A program made the position numbers and the translations under genes. Positions 35,712 to 37,525 of a stretch of 37,525 nucleotides of DNA are shown here, piece by piece (the stretch's first letter is position 1; every line of letters starts with the position of its first letter). Source of the DNA: a virus (Duplodnaviria > Caudoviricetes); IMG/VR virus record IMGVR_UViG_3300002307_000121, positions 1-37,525 of that record; one strand, given 5' to 3'. A model generated the notes under the pieces. It did no database searches. It worked only from the letters and a program-made list of their open reading frames with translations, and was not told where the DNA came from.

Positions 35712-36002
35712 TGGTATGAGCGGCGGGACTCGAACCCGCACGTCCAAAGGACACAAGATTTTCTTACCACTATAGCTTTCGCTACCGAATCGTTTGTGGT
35801 CTGGACTATACCTTCACCATAGCCAATGCTTTAGGTGCTCGCCGTCTAGTCTCTACACGTTCAAAGGTATTTCTACCTAAGCTTCGCTCGGTATTAGCAT
35901 TTGAAAGCCTTCACCGAATTTGACGAGTTCTACTCCGAGGATTTCTCCAAGGGCACTCAAATTGTTCAAGTCTCGGGCGTCTACCTATTCCGCCACGCTC
36001 AC
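35712..36002 (-). tRNA. tRNA-Leu(TAA) interrupted by a group I intron (exons 36002-35968 and 35762-35712)
   Basis: Joining the exons gives an 86-nt cloverleaf with CGAGA-CTTAAAA-TCTTG, long variable arm, A73 and CCA. Confidence 0.92.
35763..35967 (-). mobile_element. Self-splicing group I intron (IC3-like), 205 nt, no ORF
   Basis: P1 CTT/GAG with U.G pair; P AAATTCGGTGAAG; Q AATACCGAGCGAAG; R AGAGACTAGACG; S GAAGGTATAGTCC; terminal G. Confidence 0.9.
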
Positions 36003-36025
36003 ACATTAAAAACTTAATTCAACAA

Positions 36026-36093
36026 TGTCAAAGAGCAGAGTGTGTTTCTCACTCTGTATATCTCTTTATACGACATATTAGGGGTAATGTCAA
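36026..36093 (-). promoter_or_regulatory. sigma70 promoter + hairpin + boxA leader of a tRNA operon
   Basis: TTGACA-N17-TATAAA; hairpin CAGAGTG/CACTCTG; TGCTCTTTGACA (36037-36026). Confidence 0.78.
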
Positions 36094-36100
36094 GAAGTTT

Positions 36101-36393
36101 TTTCACTGCTTACAGCCTGACTGGACTACTTGCGACTAGGGCGGGATCGCATCTCCGATTCTCTGACTCGGGGACTTCTCCCTCTGTCCTAAAATCTCGG
36201 ACCTTTCTCGTGCTGCAACCATCAGTAGTATCGCCGAAAGCAAGCGTTTTTCGCTATCGGTCGTCTACTGAACTTTCTAGTACCGTAATCTAACTTCAAA
36301 CATACTCATGGACAGTTTCGTTCAAGTTAAACGACTTGTTCCACTTTCAGAATGTTGTTATTCCGGCTGCCCAGCCCGTCTGTAAACAGTGAA
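36101..36393 (-). ncRNA. Candidate ~293-nt multibranch RNA
   Basis: 14-bp terminal helix TTCACTGTTTACAG/CTGTAAGCAGTGAA plus CTGGGC/GTCCAG; several internal hairpins; starts immediately after the tRNA-Trp CCA. Confidence 0.6.
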
Positions 36394-36482
36394 TGGCACA
36401 GGAAGTAGGATTCGAACCCACGCGGAGCTATCGCTTCAATGGTTTTGGAGACCATCACCTTCGGCCACTCGGTCATTCCTGC
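36394..36482 (-). tRNA. tRNA with Trp anticodon (CCA) and Ser-like long variable arm
   Basis: ATGGT-CTCCAAA-ACCAT; variable arm TGAAGCGATAGCTCCGC; G73; 89 nt. Confidence 0.85.
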
Positions 36483-36492
36483 ACTTAGTTTA

Positions 36493-36903
36493 TTAGAAGT
36501 GAACTACACCACTGTCAATGATCGGATGCTCGTCATCAGTACGGTCAACTACAGTATATGTAATCTTCGTCGTACCGAATTCTTTGAGCATATCAGAAAC
36601 ACTGTCTAGCGTAAAATCTTTGCAACTGTAAAGATCAAATTTATAAAAAGCGGGCTCACCGTCCCAAAAATGTATGCTACTATGACTAGTAGTAATACCC
36701 ACCATTCCAGTAACACCTTCGTTTCCTTCATCGTCACACCAGACGCAGATAGGATCAATTAATACCTTCATATCAACTGCTTCGACCAAGCGGCGAAACC
36801 AATCTTGAAGGTGAGGGACGAAATCAGGTCCAGGTGCCTTTGCTAGGTATCCTGTGACCAATACATGCTTGTTAACTTGAGCCAACTCATAAAATCCTTT
36901 CAC
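36493..36903 (-). CDS. speD: S-adenosylmethionine decarboxylase proenzyme homologue (pyruvoyl-dependent)
   Basis: GVTGMVGITTSHSSIHFW (self-cleavage Ser-His) and FDLYSC motifs; late promoter ATAAATA. Confidence 0.8.
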   Translation of the reverse strand: MKGFYELAQVNKHVLVTGYLAKAPGPDFVPHLQDWFRRLVEAVDMKVLIDPICVWCDDEGNEGVTGMVGITTSHSSIHFWDGEPAFYKFDLYSCKDFTLDSVSDMLKEFGTTKITYTVVDRTDDEHPIIDSGVVHF

Positions 36904-36983
36904 ATTGAGTTTTACTGTCAGACAGTTATATATTTATCAAAAAAGACAAAAACTACAGATATATACCTGTAGTTTTTGAGAAA

Positions 36984-37058
36984 TGGTACTCGGTGAGGGA
37001 TTTGAACCCCCGGCCCTCTGCGTGTAAAGCAGACGCGCTACCACTGCGCCAACCGAGC
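36984..37058 (-). tRNA. tRNA-Val(TAC)
   Basis: TCTGC-TTTACAC-GCAGA; CCA. Confidence 0.95.
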
Positions 37059-37068
37059 ATGTGTTATA

Positions 37069-37144
37069 TGGTCGGGAAGACAGGGATCGAACCTGCGACC
37101 TCCTGGTCCCAAACCAGGCGCTCTCCCACCTGAGCTACTCCCCG
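37069..37144 (-). tRNA. tRNA-Pro(TGG)
   Basis: C1-G72; CCTGG-TTTGGGA-CCAGG; CCA. Confidence 0.95.
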
Positions 37145-37160
37145 ACGGTGGATTTATGTT

Positions 37161-37234
37161 TGGTGGAGACGGAGGGAATCGAACCCTCAAGTGCGCCTTG
37201 CAAAGGCGCCAGTTTCCCGTTAGCTTACGTCCCC
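37161..37234 (-). tRNA. tRNA-Ala(TGC)
   Basis: G3.U70; GCGCC-TTTGCAA-GGCGC; CCA. Confidence 0.93.
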
Positions 37235-37285
37235 AAAAACTTACAAAACTATTTATATCTTATCTACATCACAAAACAAAAAGAA

Positions 37286-37362
37286 TGGTGCGCTCGGCAG
37301 GACTCGAACCTGCACTTACCCGATTAGAAGTCGGGGGCCTTATCCAGTTAGACGACGAGCGC
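37286..37362 (-). tRNA. tRNA-Arg(TCT)
   Basis: CCCGA-CTTCTAA-TCGGG; A20; CCA. Confidence 0.95.
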
Positions 37363-37426
37363 ATTAATCTCTTTACAAGTTTGTTTGTAGCAGAGATTGA
37401 ATTGTTTGTCAACCTCTTTTTAAGAA

Positions 37427-37502
37427 TGGTGCTCTGTGCGAGAATCGAACTCACTGTCTCCGGGTTACAAATCCGGCGCATCGCCAGCAATGCTTACAGA
37501 GC
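37427..37502 (-). tRNA. tRNA-Thr(TGT)
   Basis: CCGGA-TTTGTAA-CCCGG; atypical A8; CCA. Confidence 0.88.
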
Positions 37503-37508
37503 GAATTT

Positions 37509-37525
37509 TGGCTCCTGCGGTAGGA
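37509..37525 (-). tRNA. 3' end of a further tRNA (possibly Asn), cut by the window edge
   Basis: ...TCCTACCGCAGGAGCCA fits T-stem 3' strand + acceptor 3' strand + CCA. Confidence 0.55.

Noticed and set aside
36101-36393. RNase P RNA
   Set aside because: The 5' GGGCTGGGCAGCCG is reminiscent, but GAGGAAAGUCC in the right position and the 3' ACAGAA...CGGCUUA P4 partner are absent.
24650-37525. Stop-codon reassignment or suppressor tRNAs
   Set aside because: No CUA, UUA or UCA anticodon was found, and genes are full-length in the standard code.

Overview
Segment of a large T4-like (jumbo) myophage genome read in the standard genetic code. The host is probably an alphaproteobacterium, inferred from promoter and boxA style. 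1-9946 (+): late block of collagen-like and glycine-rich tail-fibre proteins, a GT2-TPR glycosyltransferase and a papain-like protease, ending at a terminator and an AT-rich repeat tract. 10.2-24.5 kb (-): early/accessory genes behind repeated sigma70-type promoters (rIIB, rIIA, SPFH lipoprotein, SleB-type hydrolase, WYL_2 protein, metallophosphoesterase, an unannotated ArfA-like peptide). 24.6-37.5 kb (-): an RNA island. It holds 24 complete CCA-encoding tRNA genes, four with unexpected long variable arms and one tRNA-Leu(UAA) split by a 205-nt group I intron. It also holds an ~830-nt GOLLD-like RNA with an embedded tRNA-like domain, about eight further structured RNA candidates, rRNA-operon-like hairpin+boxA leaders, Pth2, a cyclic-phosphate receiver protein and an AdoMetDC homologue. 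Three paralogous antisense HNH endonuclease cassettes share a covarying 5' RNA motif and variable numbers of GTHxFL repeats. All calls come from manual reading; no database search or folding program was run.
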